A program made the translations under genes and the position numbers. From Lytechinus pictus (Eukaryota): 64,000 bases of DNA. The notes under the pieces are model-generated. The model saw only the letters and a list, made by a program, of their open reading frames with translations, was not told the origin of the DNA and did not search any database. Positions within the stretch are counted from its first letter, which is position 1. Each line of letters begins with the position of its first letter. The stretch spans positions 21,018,001 through 21,082,000 of the forward strand of contig NC_087245.1 in NCBI RefSeq assembly GCF_037042905.1, written 5' to 3'. Of the stretch, positions 1 to 13,205 are shown in pieces.

Positions 1-92
1 GTAATTCCCAAAGCCAGAGCAAACCACTAACTAATGTGTGATTAACTCCCATGCAATGTATATCAGTGATGCACTAATAATGGATGATAAAT

Positions 93-164
93 CTAACTAT
101 TTTACTTTTCTCTCTCCCTATTTTCTTTCATGCAAACCATTGCTGTCGCACAAAACAGGTAAGT
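93..164 (+). other. Candidate recursive splice site (3' splice site directly abutting a 5' splice site)
   Basis: CTAAC at 93-97, polypyrimidine tract at about 99-129, no AG until 157-158, then CAG|GTAAGT. Confidence 0.4.
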
Positions 165-213
165 GAAATGTTTGTCAGTGTTAACATATTCATGTATTAA
201 TTTGTTGTATGGT

Positions 214-379
214 CCGGGGGGGGGGGGGCACTTCCATTGACAAGTGGATACCATGCGTGACCATGGGATTCCAAAAGGCACCCTAAACAAGTATTTCCAT
301 GTTATAAATTTTTTTTTTTTTCACTTTTGGTCACTTATGGTATCCACTCGTCAATGGAAGTGGCCCCCCTACCCCCGGG
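214..379. mobile_element. Short internally deleted MITE with G-run/C-run termini
   Basis: Left CCG(G)n CACTTCCATTGACAAGTGGATACCAT is the reverse complement of right ATGGTATCCACTCGTCAATGGAAGTGG(C)n..CGG (1 mismatch in the core); CCGG at both ends. Confidence 0.85.
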
Positions 380-979
380 TGTGTGGTCTTTGTGTTATAC
401 ATACATATAAGCTCCAAGGAGTCCTAACATTTGATTAGATATGAGTCTACAAATTACTGAAAAAATGCATGTGTATCTTATTCATATAAACTCAAAAAAG
501 ATATTAAAATGATTTTGTTTTCAAATGCAAGAAGCTTGTCTCTACAAGTAAATTGTTTGTGTGGTTATTTTTTTAAAAGGGATATTTTCTTCATATTTTG
601 ACATAAAAGATGCTTTCAATTCCTTTTCAATAAAAACTTCAGCAGGGAGCTACCACCTTTGATGATTTATTTCATATACAACATACGTTTATTTAAACAA
701 AAAAAGTTTAGTGCAATAAATCTGACCTTGCATTTTTCCCAGCAATTTATAGAGCCAATTATAAATCCTCATATTCATTCTGTTGTAAACATCTTTCTGT
801 GTATGTTATCTATTTTTGTTCATTTTTGGGTTGATTTGTAATTACTCGCATGCTTTTAGTAGAATTAGATTGCACATGTTTTCTTTGTTGAATCATAAAC
901 AAATTAATATGGCGTATCCTGATGTATGACTACAATGTATGACATCTCATACCAGAGTTCCAAGCAGTTTCGTGTCCAT

Positions 980-1290
980 AGAGAGAGAAAGAGAGACAGT
1001 GGAACAGAGAGAGAGAGAGAGAGAGAGCAGGGGGGCGGTGGAGATATTGAGAGAGGTAGAGATTGATGTACATTTTATAACTGTCAATGCTAGTTAGTGG
1101 GGAAACTACAGGGAAAGTTGTGAGAAGAGAAAGGAGAAAAGGGATGGAGTAGGGCAGGAAGAGATTAAAGAAAGAAAATAAAGGAGGAGGATGAGAAGGA
1201 TTGAAAGCATGAGAATAGAAGATAATGAAGTTTAGAGAAGAAAATTTATATAAGGCAAGGGAAAGGAGAATGACTATATAGATGAAGAAT
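980..1290 (+). repeat. (GA)n microsatellite and purine-rich low-complexity tract
   Basis: (GA)n at about 1006-1027 within a near-pure purine run. Confidence 0.85.
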
Positions 1291-2044
1291 TGTTATTACT
1301 GTACATACATTGTGTGTAAAGTAAGACTGCCAACAATAATTCTGGTCTGCGAACACCCACTCACTAATAAATCATGAAGAACTTCAAGAAACTGCTCCGA
1401 CATAGATCAATAGAGAGAGCAAGAGGGGGGGGGGGGCTAGATGGAATAAAAGTTATTAAAATACATCATACCACATTTCATCTCGATGTACCTCCTAGAG
1501 GGCAGGTACAGACCATCCAAAGTTCATCCTTCCCATCACATTATGTTAGAAAGCTAATTTAATGAAACTTTCCCAACCAGCCAATCAGATCGAAGGCTCT
1601 TTACCGAGTGCATTGTAGCCAATATGATGATGCGTAATTAGCATAGTCAATTTGATGGAGGTAATATTCCGAGTACCGGGATTCTAATTTGATATTTTTT
1701 TTGTTTGCCCATGTATCACTTTGTCTGTGTGTGTCTTTTTATGACAAGGTGTAGTGAGTGAGCAATAAAGAGCTTTGGGTGTGTTTGCCAGGTAAAAAGT
1801 CATTGCATTGATTGGCACACTGGTAACACACATTAAGATCATAGAGATTACCCTTAAAATCGAGGTTGACAGCTTTAGGAAATTGGATTTGTTTATAAAT
1901 ATACATTGTTCTTGTTTAGGTACCATTATTAATTTTATTTTTTGTTTATTGCTTGCCTTGGTTTTTTGTTCTCATAATTGATTTTATCATCCATTTATTT
2001 AGTGTAGCAACTAAAGTTCACTTTACTGCTCTTTCCAATGTATA

Positions 2045-2240
2045 TCATTATTACCCCGGCTTTAGTCAAGGAGCCGTATAGGCAACTAAAGCATTCAAGG
2101 AAACCTACAGGTATCCATTGACTACACCTGGGTCGAGTGCAGCACATTTGTGTTCATTTTTTTCTGAAGGATATTAATGCCTGCGGAAGGATTCAAACCT
2201 GTGACTCACTGATTGAATGACATGCTTCAGAACCACTATG
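2045..2240 (-). mobile_element. tRNA-derived SINE, family 1 (diverged full-length copy)
   Basis: Minus strand: A-box-like TAGTGGTT (2231-2238), B box GGTTTGAATCC (2189-2199), body TGCACTCGACCCAGGTG, tail GCCGGGGTAATAAT; homologous to 30467-30680. Confidence 0.8.
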
Positions 2241-5200
2241 CTTTGATCTTATCTGTTTTTTTTGGTTGGGTCACTTTCTTAAAAGCAAGATACATATTTC
2301 ATGTAGGGAAGGGATGAGGTATATACCTGTCTTGGCCCACTGTTTTCCTTCTTGTTTTTCTCTTATGGATATTGGTCGTGTTGGTGATAAACAAGTCGTA
2401 TGGAGCAGAAACATGACAACAATTTTCTATAAAGGTCATTCCTGTATACATTAGACTTGGAAAGGGTAAGAGATGGGTAAGGCAGCATGCAAATTTCATT
2501 TTTTTGCCTCCCATTTTCCTTTGCTTGTCTTTTTTCTGTTCAGGAGTTTAACAGGTATACTCAGAGTTTTGCTGAGATGTGGGAGCAGAATGACCCATGT
2601 TAAATCAAATGAAATTGAAACAAATTTTGAAGATCATTGTGTTGACTTTTAATCATTTAATTCTCATAGGCTTGTACATGGAATTATCAGGCCCAGTGGG
2701 TAATGAGTTAAACATGCCTGTAGTTGAACTGAATCAAAAGGAATAAATTATAAAATGAAATAGAATTTTCAGGAATAAAACAATCTGTCTTTTTTTTTGC
2801 ATTTGTGGAAGTGTTTTTGTACTTTGTAAAATCTGCCCCCCCCCCACTCAAAAAGTGAAAATTACAACAAATCAATACATTGAATAACCTCAGTTGATTT
2901 CACACTTGTAACCACCATCATCACTGGAAAAGCACATACTCTAGTTATTTTGTTTCTGAATCAATTGGGCTCTTATTTTGATTGCGAGAAATATATATAT
3001 TTTTATTATAATATATAAATTGTTAAATTTATATCATGTAATGTGGCATATGTTGCCTTGTAAAATACACATTTTGGGGTCAAATTTCAATAATCATTAC
3101 TTGTCCAACTTGATAAGAGTGATTCGTGGAGAGAAAGTAAAGGTTTAACAAGAGTTATTTACCCCCTCTGAGAAGATTTTCCTTCCAATTTATGTATGTG
3201 ATTAATATCTGTGATTTTCTGTCTATTAACTTAAATTAGTTTTCAATACCCCATCCTACCCCCAAACCCCCCCCCCCCCCCCCCGTGTGAACCAATCTAG
3301 ATTTTTTTTTCTTTTTAATTCTAGATGTGATTAAGGTTTCATAACTGCATAATTGGCTTCCATAAATATCCGCAAATCTAGATCGATATTGGAATCTCTG
3401 TGAGCATTTGATCAATGTAATTAGATTTCTCCCTGCTATGGCACCTATTCATTATGGTCCACATTACACTCTTTAAGAATTGAAGATTGCACACATCTTA
3501 GGAGGCTGTAATGAGATATGTGGACGCAGGGAGCTGGTAGGATTATAGAGAGAGAGACCAAGGGGGGTCGATCGGAGACAGTGCCATTGGCTGGGGGATG
3601 GTGAATTATTGAGCAGCTCTTTAGATTGCTGTTGCTCCATCATCTGTCTGCTCAAGAAAAGTGTCTGGAGAAAAATAAATGTCATTCTGGATGAAGTTAA
3701 CCCCTTTGGTGCCATTTGAAGGGATTGGAGAAGATTCACTGGTAGTTTTTTTTTATGGGATAGTTCCATTGGTGCCAGTTATGGAAATGATTGCTACAGT
3801 TCCGATATTGATTTCAAGATGGTATAGCCCGGTTTGTCAAAAACCATTTAAAGGATATCTGCACCCAAAAATATTTTCTTGAATAGAGATAGAAATACAA
3901 GTATAGTACATTGTGAAAAGATGATTCTTATGACATGATTCACATGAATACTAGTTTACTATCTAAAAAATACTATTATACATTAAAGAAGTATTATTCA
4001 TTAATATGAATTCATTGATGACTGAATAGTATTGTTCACATAAACTTCTATATTGATCTATCCTTTTCAATAAGACTAAAGGTTCAGTTGTTTCAATTTT
4101 ACTTGTTTTCTACTTATAATCATTTCTAACAAACGAAATAGAAAATCTTGATTAATATGAAAAAATAGAATACATGCAATGCAAAACATATCAGAAATAT
4201 AAAGATTTAAAACTCAAAGAGATCAAGAAATATAGCAGGTCTAATGAATTAAAATTGGCTGTAGAAGCTCAAGATTCTCTTGACTGATATCTTCTTTAGA
4301 TATTAAGTTCTTGTTTGAATCAGGATATCCCGGGATGATGGCTTTGGATTCTGAAAGTCAATCCAGCTATATTATTTCAAGTCTTTCAAAAGTAAAAGCA
4401 GGAGTGATTTTTGGCAAATTGATCAGTAGATTTTTTCATATTTGAACAAGGTTGCTCAGTGTTGTTGACTGATAACATCTTCACAGTAAAATACTGTCTA
4501 GTTTTTTAATTTCATACAGTAAACAGCATTGTATACAATTTTAAACGGCATTTTGGATATGTACATTGCTAATGTAAAATACCCATTTTGACGTCATACA
4601 TATAACCTGATTGAAATTGTAGTTTACTCCTTTTCAGCTTAATGCTTACACAACAATAACCCCTTTGATGTATCTGAAGGAAATCCTCTGTCAATCACTA
4701 ATGAGTAGTCTGTCCTTTATCTTCTTGGAGATTTAAATTGCCAACATTTTTGTCTCACCTTAAAGACGTCACTAATTGCCATCATCTCCTAATTAAATTG
4801 CATTCTCCCAAGTGATGGAACAATCGTCAGCATTTAGATCTTATTGCCTAGGTGATCATCGGAACCTTGTGATCAATTAAATGTTAATTAGTTTTAGAGC
4901 CGTTGTGAATGAAAGAGAATTAATTACTTTTAAAGATACTGTAAGCCTGGGGTGTGGACTACTAGCCTGATGGAAAACATTGTTTTATTTATGTAATTCC
5001 CATAAGCTTTTTTTGTCTGGAACAATCTAGTTCAATTGAGCATCTGATTAATGGAGAGTTTGGGGAGGATATAAGTTCATAATGGCTGATAAGATGCCCG
5101 ATGTGCTCAATGACTTATTCAATGAAACGGCTCATACCCTAATCAACCTTGCATGGATATTTTGTTCAAAATGTCAAAATTTGCATTAGCTGTTATCAAC

Positions 5201-8200
5201 TTACTGTTCCAAGAGCGTGCTATAATTAAGTATTTCAGATATTACAGTTTGTATTTGACATGCAACTTCTTTTGATGGATGGCTAGGGAAATAGTTTGAA
5301 GCTGAAAGAAAATAATTTACAAGTAATGATCCAAGTCTACTTCATTCTTATTTTCCATTCTTATTTTCCATGTAGAAAGTGGGTACAGGAAGAGTATTGT
5401 TTTCAGTGTTACCCCTACTAAATTTTGTTTAATCACTTTGGATGTTTCAAACCCTTCACTTTTTTATATTTCTACTTTTATATATTCTCCCTCACAGTCT
5501 GTGGCTCTGTATCCTCTTTGATTCACTTGTTCAGTCTTTCTTTCTGTCTGTGTCTTTTTTTAATTATCTGCCTTTCTTTTTTCTCTTTCCTCTCTCATTT
5601 CTCCCCCAACCCCTCTCTTTTTATCTCCTTGTCTCTTGCTCTCTCTCATTTTTCTCCCTCCCTCAAACCTCTTTTAATGTCCCCATGAGGATGAACTGCT
5701 TTTAGTTGAACCTGTTGATTGCAGCACTGAATGTGGCTGACTACATCAAGAGCAATTTTCGTGACTGGAATTTCAACTTCCAGTTCTGTAGAAAGGACGG
5801 TCACAAATTCAATATCATTATTCTGTATTTCTGTAATAAAGCACACAAAAAACAGTGAGGACTAAGAGAAATTTAGAGGAAAATGGAGAGGGTGGTAACT
5901 ATACTTTATTATGAAGGGGGAGGGGAGAATGGGAAAAAGAAACATTACCACTTTAAAGGAAAATTAAGAAAGAGTTTGAGAGAGTATATTGTGTGGTATA
6001 TATTTAAGCACTGAGGGAATATAATTAAGTTGCTCTGTGTGTATACAATTGTGTGTGGTGAGCACGAGCATGACAACACTTTCAAGTCTATATGTAGTAT
6101 TTGCCCGATGATACTTGGTATTAGCCTCTAGTTATAAGAGGAACAAGGACAGAGAGGGAGAGGGGGGCAGAGAAAGGTAGAGAGAGAGGGAGGTAGAAAG
6201 AGAGAGGATATGATGAGTAACCACACTGCTAAGTGCAATCAAAAAGCAATATGCTAATGTCAACAAATGATTGCCTATGCATTTTTATCTGCTCCTGTCT
6301 CGGTGGCTCATCATGGTCAGCCACTGAGAAAGAATGACAAATAAAACAAAAACAAGATACACCTAGGTCGGGGTGAAACTTGGCCGAGTAGACTCTCTTC
6401 TATCTACCTGAATGAGTGGATGCTCACACTCTACCACGTCTGTGCCCATGCCACTAAATTAACTCAATTATCGATAATATATGGCTGGGGCAATACGCAA
6501 GGGGGCCAGGGTGGTGCTGTAGCTTCGGGGATGTGGTCTTTTCTCTCTTTTTTCTGGAACCCAATTTCTCTCTGTCTCACCGGAGATGCTGTGAGGTGGA
6601 TTTTGTTTATGAAGTAGAGGTGTTCGCTATACTCTGCCTGGCCGCGACCTGTAGGCTTGCTTCTCTTGATTCAATTTATCCGATACGCTTGCCTGCCATT
6701 TGGAACACGTTTGCACACCGAAGGCGACAGCCATTCTTAACTTCACCACCACCCCTCCCCCCCTTCCACCATCTCTCTTCATCATCATGGAACATGTGAG
6801 GGTCTGGTGAGGGCAAGAAGCTGTAGGAGATGTGTGTATCTCCCATGAGCAGCCATTAGCTGAGTTTGTCATGCTTCATGTTTTCACCCCTTCTCTTCTA
6901 ACGCTCGTCTGACTAATTCACCATCCTACATCCCACCAACTACTATCTCTCATCCATGTTTGGATTATATACATACCCACACCTGCAGGTGAATTGGCAT
7001 TCGTCAAGCTTTTCATCAGTTCCACAATTGGAGAACAATTTTCTGGCGGCCTGATTTCAGGAATGAATTTTATCCAGCGTTATTTTTCACTCCCGAACCC
7101 GAAAGAGTGCGTTTGTGACTGTGGAAAGGATGTTAAGCTGCGGGCGGAAAGAGGGGAAAAATACAACTGGTAATCCCATTTTGCGGAGGATGGCCGTATA
7201 TATAAATGGTAATTGGAGGAGAATGAGATGTGCTGAAAAAAGCATGTTTGCTTGACATTTGGATGGCAAAGATAGAGAAAGACAATTTTTTCGATGCATA
7301 TTGGTAATCCCCCTTCCCCCTCGTCAGATGGAGATAGAAAGCTGTATTACCCATGCTTGGACAGTCATGCTTGGACAATCCAAGTAATCTGGTTTGGATG
7401 CTAAGAGGCAGAGACGGGGTGAACTATATTTGATCCTCTCTCATTGATTTGCTTCTTTTTTTATTTGTACTGCAGTCTGGAATAACCGAGCCCTATTTTT
7501 TTTCCCTCGGAGCATATTTCCTCTTGCAGCTAATACTCATTATGTTGCGCACTGTCTGAGATTAGGACATAGTATATATGAATTATCTACAATCCTCTTG
7601 CTATCATGTGTCTGCATTGTTGCTATGGAGAAGCAGTGTATCTTTGCAACACACTTGTTACAGACTTGTAAACAACTGACTTGTAAATAAGTAAATGTAA
7701 GATGGAATAACTTTTTTGACGTGTGTAAAGGAGTCATAGAACTGATATGACGTTGTTTATTTTGAACAGTCTCTTGAGGAGCTTGATGAAAGGAAAAGCT
7801 TTTATTTCAATTATAACTGTGAGAAGCCATCACTGTGAGTATATCAGAGGAGAAACTTATGGTGCTTAGGAGATGATATCAACCTAAGAATGCCAAAACC
7901 TGTCACTTTAAGTAACCTTGCATTTTACTTTGGGTAGGTTTTAATTGTTGAGATATGAGGCTATGCCCCCCATCCATGCTGTCACATTCGCCTGTCTGCA
8001 CCGTTGGCCAAGCCGAAACACCAGCACATGTCCCCAGGGAGTGATCTCTTTCAAATACAAAAGGGATAGCAAAGGGCGAAACCGAGGAGGCGTAACTATT
8101 TCCTTTGGAGTATTAGCAATCAAGGAAACCACCTGTGAATTGAAGGCTTCGGTGTGAGATGTGCAAGGGTGACAGTCATGCATGTTAGCTGCAGTTAGCG

Positions 8201-9561
8201 AGAATTAGTGCCAATTATTCATAGCCGACGCTACAGCGGTAAATCGTCTGCAACCAGATATGGCATAATGCAATGTTTCATCTTTTATCACTGATGCAAT
8301 TATTTGAATGTCTTTATTTAGACATAGGCTGATTTTATTAGCACCACAAACATCGATTATCGTATCAAGTATCGGGAGTCTGTGATGACTATGTGGTCGT
8401 TTACGGGGATGAGGATAACATTCACATGGCTATGCGTGACAAGTCTGTGGAATAGAAGTGACTAGAGATGGATCAAAACGGAAAAGTGGAGCATTGATTG
8501 TCATACCTCAATAATTCACTTTCTATCTCTGTCATTATCTCTGTCAATCTATCCATCTCTTCCGTCTTTCCTTCATCTTCTCTTCTCTCCCAGTGGAGAT
8601 AGATGATAGCAACAATTTGCAATGCAGAATTTGCCATCTTGCCTGAGGAAACTATCATTGAGACTGTCAGGCCGAACCATGCACGCTTTATTTCCTCCAG
8701 AAGTCGTGAAAACATTCCCGCCAACAAGCTCGTCACGCTCCTCGCCGCTGTTGTGGACGACTACAAATTCAATTTAGCCATTGGCATGAATACGACTTCT
8801 CGCTTGCACCTGTGATATATTGTTTTAGTTCCTTGGAGATTTTATCAAAACACCTTCAGTCTTTTTGAGAGCGATTACAGCGAGCTTGGTCCATGTTGTT
8901 TTTTCAGCGTGTAGGGCTATCCATCATGTGGGATTTAAGGGAACACCGGATAAGCCTGAAGAAAGAATCGTATGTCCTGATCTCTTACATTATCCTTACC
9001 TCAAGTCACGACTCCACTAATAATGACATGAATGCAATTATCTAACGATTTATATCTACTCGATCATCTTTTTTTCCCCTGACAAAACGGCTGTGGAATA
9101 ATATGCATGGAGACTGACTGGATTGAGAATTATAAGTATATCCTTATTGATACAGAGGGAGCCATATAATTGCCTATAGTCATTGTACATTGGGAACTTC
9201 ATTTTCGTCTTCAAGCAAATCCTTGAGGAAATATAATGATCCTGTAATTTTTCTAAACACATAAAGACCAACATCTCAGGGAGTTCGAGGGAGCCAGCCC
9301 TCCTTGATTTATATTATCAAATTACATGCCGGGGACATCTTTATTCTGAAAACATTGCCATAAAGCACTCTTGTGCGACCCAGATTTCAAGTCCCACATA
9401 GGGAGAAACAGAAAGAGAGAGACGCCTCGTTGCCGTGGGGGCAGCAAGCCCAGGTGGATTTGTTACTCCACCCCACCCGAGCAGAATCCTCTGCGGCCGA
9501 CAATTTGATTGTCAAAATATTTTTTCTTGTTCTCGCGCGAGCGATAAAAAAGACTTTCCAA

Positions 9562-9741
9562 ATGACGACCTTCATGCCGGACGTCCAGTCCTTCTCCAAT
9601 CCGGAAAACATCTTCCGACTTTACTTCATCCCGCCCTCCTCCCAAAAGCGCAGGCGTTACAGATCATTCTCCTTTCGCCACAAGATGCGTCTCTCTACAA
9701 CTGCAACCGCCAACACATCCGGAGATGCGGCTGAAAAAGAA
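9562..9741 (+). CDS. Candidate alternative first coding exon (60 aa, MTTFMPDVQSFSNPENIFRLYFIPPSSQKRRRYRSFSFRHKMRLSTTATANTSGDAAEKE), phase-0 donor
   Basis: ATG at 9562, open for 180 nt, GC/CpG clearly above the flanks. Ends GAA|GTAGGT, after which the sequence becomes AT-rich and intron-like. No domain recognised. Confidence 0.6.
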
Positions 9742-11767
9742 GTAGGTAGTCAAATCCACTGAATTATCCACTTTCTTGTTTCTTGAAAACTCATTTCTTT
9801 GTAATTATTATGTGGATATTTATATAATTACATATATTTATCTTGATGCTTGCGATATACATTGTATGGGCTCATGCATTGTTTATTCATCCACTTATTT
9901 CCAAAATTTCATGTTCCCCAACATTGTGTTGCCAGTGATCATTATTCTGTCAGTTTGAGAATTTTGTGATGTATTGTTTTTTTTTCTTTCTTTAGTTTTA
10001 TGTGAATATCATATAAACACTTCTCTGTATGAAGTCTAAATGTTGATTGATAATCTTTCTAAAAATGCAATTTCAATTTCATTCCATTATTAAATATAGT
10101 TACAATATAGCTAAGAACACATCCTGTGTGCATTGTTTTTGCATCTCATAGGAATAAAACCCCACTTGTTGATCCAGGGTCTTATTTCAATATTTTGTTC
10201 TTTTATTTGACCTCATATCTCCAGGTAACATCAATCATATTTTCATGTAAATTTTAGAATATAACCCCCCCCCCAAAAAAAAAAAAAAAAAAAAAAAAAG
10301 GCAGAAAATGCATGATTAATGCAATGGTTTTTTAAAACTTTTTTTTAACTTATAGACTTGTAATAATTTACAAAGGATAGTTACAATGTACATAGGTAGA
10401 AATTTTGTACTCCAATTTTATGTAGCTGAATAAATGTAAATTATCATGTCTAAAAGTATATGACACGATGGGCACCTCTCTTTATTTTAATGACATACTT
10501 ATTATTTTCCACTTTAGTTGATTCCAGTCAAGATATTGTTAAATACCTTTCACGTCCCTAAAAAAATATTTAAGTGAAATTCATAAATCAAAACAATTTT
10601 GTTTTAAATTTGATAACAAGATTTATAAAACTATGTCACTTTTCAGATACTTGTGCCTCAATTTATCAAAAGTTTTCAGGACAGGGAATTTTGCACTTAC
10701 ATTCGTCTTCGCTTCTTTGCCTCAATGTTTCTTGCTCGACCTATTCATTGCATTTAACTGGTATCCCCTCCCCACCACCTCATAATAAGATCAACCCAGT
10801 CACTCTTATACCCGAAATTTGCGTTGTTTCCCCTTTCATTAAATAAATTTCTCCCTCCCCTTCTTGTAAGTGAATTTTTCACTCACAGGCTGAGAATTTG
10901 TGTACAAATCCCCATTCCTCACTCTGATGTGAGAGCATCTCCCTTTTCTTTTTCTAAAAAATATAATTTAGTATAAAATATATCAGTTGTCTGCGAGTGA
11001 CAACCTTTTCTTTTTGCTTGTCAGAAAACTTTGTAAAACAAAAGTGTCCCAACTCTCAAGAAATCTTTGATCTAGCTTTTGATCACCTATAATTCCTTGG
11101 TTTTGCTACTGTCTATGTACTGCTTTATGCTGTATATTATAACATGCCTTTAATAGTCACCAGCAAACCATTTCATGATGGTTATCATGCATGGGCAAGA
11201 ATTGCTTGCCAATTACCCTGTTTTTAGATGTGTGTGCAAAATGCGACAAAGCAATATTGATATGTGTTAATGTGTTTACATGCAGACACTAGGAATATGT
11301 TATCATTTTCTCCTTGATATATTTTGAATCCCCCTCTGTTTAATTCTTGGTTTTTGTAAAAACTTTGAATGATTTACAAAAATATCACGCCCTCAATATC
11401 TGCATGTGACTTGGTGAATTTGTTTAAAGAAAAACATTACAAATATAAAAACAATAACATCCAGTTCTTTGAAACCATACAAATTCTTCAAATGATTGAC
11501 CTTCCAATCTAATATCACTGAAAGTGAAGTGGGATTCATGTCTCAACCACACATGTATTGATCAGTATGTAATGCACAATATGAACATTTATGACCTTAA
11601 CACTTTATTGTGAGGTATGCATGTTGTCAACGGCAACTGTTTAATGATCTCCAAATGATCTCCATTAAAAAAGTCACCGTATGCAACATGTGCAAAACCT
11701 GCAAAAAGGCTATATTGGCAACACAAATTACCCATAAATTCCACAGACCTACTATTTTTATGACATC

Positions 11768-12613
11768 AGGTGGTTTCAAACCGCCTCGATCACAAGAATC
11801 CCCGTTAAATTACTAGACATTTTTCATGCTAAAAAATACCAGATAATTATTCTAGCATTCAGACCGCCCCGAAACACACTCTGCGGGGAAATTTCTCTAA
11901 GTTATGAGCATGCGCAGTACTGTCTATTAGCAGACGAAGAAGCGCGCGCTTTTCAACAGTGGTACGTATCGCGATCGTGGGACGGCCGGCCGGGACAGGA
12001 GATCTGCCTGCGGCCGGCCTAGCTCTAGCACGTACTAACTATACTCGATCGTATGCGCAAATCATTTGTTCTCTTGATCATCATCTGCAATTGCACTAGA
12101 TTTCTCTCCACATTGAAATTAAGGCCTTGGTGGCCTCCTCACTCCAGTGCGATGTCATCTGGTATGAAAATGTAGAATACCGGTAAATATCACCCTTAAT
12201 TCGCTAAACTAATTTTTTGAAGAAGAAGAATGAACTGCCGAGTCAAAGTCGAACCCCGAGTCACGTCGCATGAAAAGTGTTTATCGCTGCATACACTGGC
12301 GCTGGCCAGCCGTGCGGGCTTGCTCACTCGGTATGCCTCGCATCAGCCTCGTATATCATGCATATCGAACAGCGCGCACTATGCACCGGAAATTCATTTA
12401 TCGCGGTGATCGATGGGATACAAGTTCTCGTACTTTGCTTTCAGATCGCCAAAATACCCACGACCTTGGAAAAATCCCCGCGAAAGTTCTTGTAATTTCG
12501 CCAAGTACCTACTATTTAGCGGGTATTTTCTTTCGGGGAAATTACGCGTAGTTTGCTTTCACATTACCAAAATACCTGGAACTGACGAACTTCGAGGCGG
12601 TCTGAAACAACCT
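11768..12613. mobile_element. Non-autonomous TIR element, PIF/Harbinger-like, CpG-rich body
   Basis: 22-bp TIRs AGGTGGTTTCAAACCGCCTCGA / TCGAGGCGGTCTGAAACAACCT (2 mismatches), flanks ATC/ATT (probable 3-bp TSD); no transposase ORF. Confidence 0.85.
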
Positions 12614-13205
12614 ATTTTGTGAACGTAAATTTCAGATTCAGTCTTCCAGGTGTTTATTTATATTAATGACTACATTTCACCATTTCACAGTGACATCTTT
12701 CAAATTGTACTCCATGTATAGAAACTTAACAAATAAGGTGATGATATGAGATGATAATATAAGTGAATACATGTCTTGAATAACTTTTATGTAGATCTGA
12801 AATTCTCATATCATTTTTAAATTAAGTATAATTAAATATGAATTTTATTTCAGTTTTAGTTATATTTAATTTCAAAATAATATGATTCTAGACGTGTATT
12901 TTGCAAGAAAAGAAAATTTGCTAACTACAACAAAATATTCATATTTAGATTTTCTTCAAACATTATATCATTTTTTTTTCCTCAATGACATTGTGCCAAA
13001 ATGGAAATAACTGAAAGATACAGCCAGCTTGTGACCAAAACAATTCTATTAAAAAACAAACAACCCCCCCCCAAAAAAAAAAAACAATTCTATTCCATCT
13101 TGAACTATCTTGGGCCTACTAGTGGTTCTTTGCAAACTTGCATAGCACAATAAATGGTATATCAATTGGCTTAGTCACATGTGATATTTCATAGAAGCTT
13201 TCCAG

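Noticed and set aside
2544-2554. 11-nt microexon between TTCAG and GTATAC
   Set aside because: Not frame-preserving and the donor is mediocre.
3679-3741. Other phase-0 ATG-donor candidates (3679-3741, 1374-1505, 28772-28795, 37448-37528)
   Set aside because: Weak donors (GTAGTT, GTTTAA), very short length or a poly-G run; not distinguishable from chance without transcript data.
3849-4000. Decayed repeat relics (also about 10870-11075, 17360-17530, 45560-45640, 47730-48020)
   Set aside because: They resemble old DNA-transposon fragments, but no paired termini or second copy can be shown within the window.
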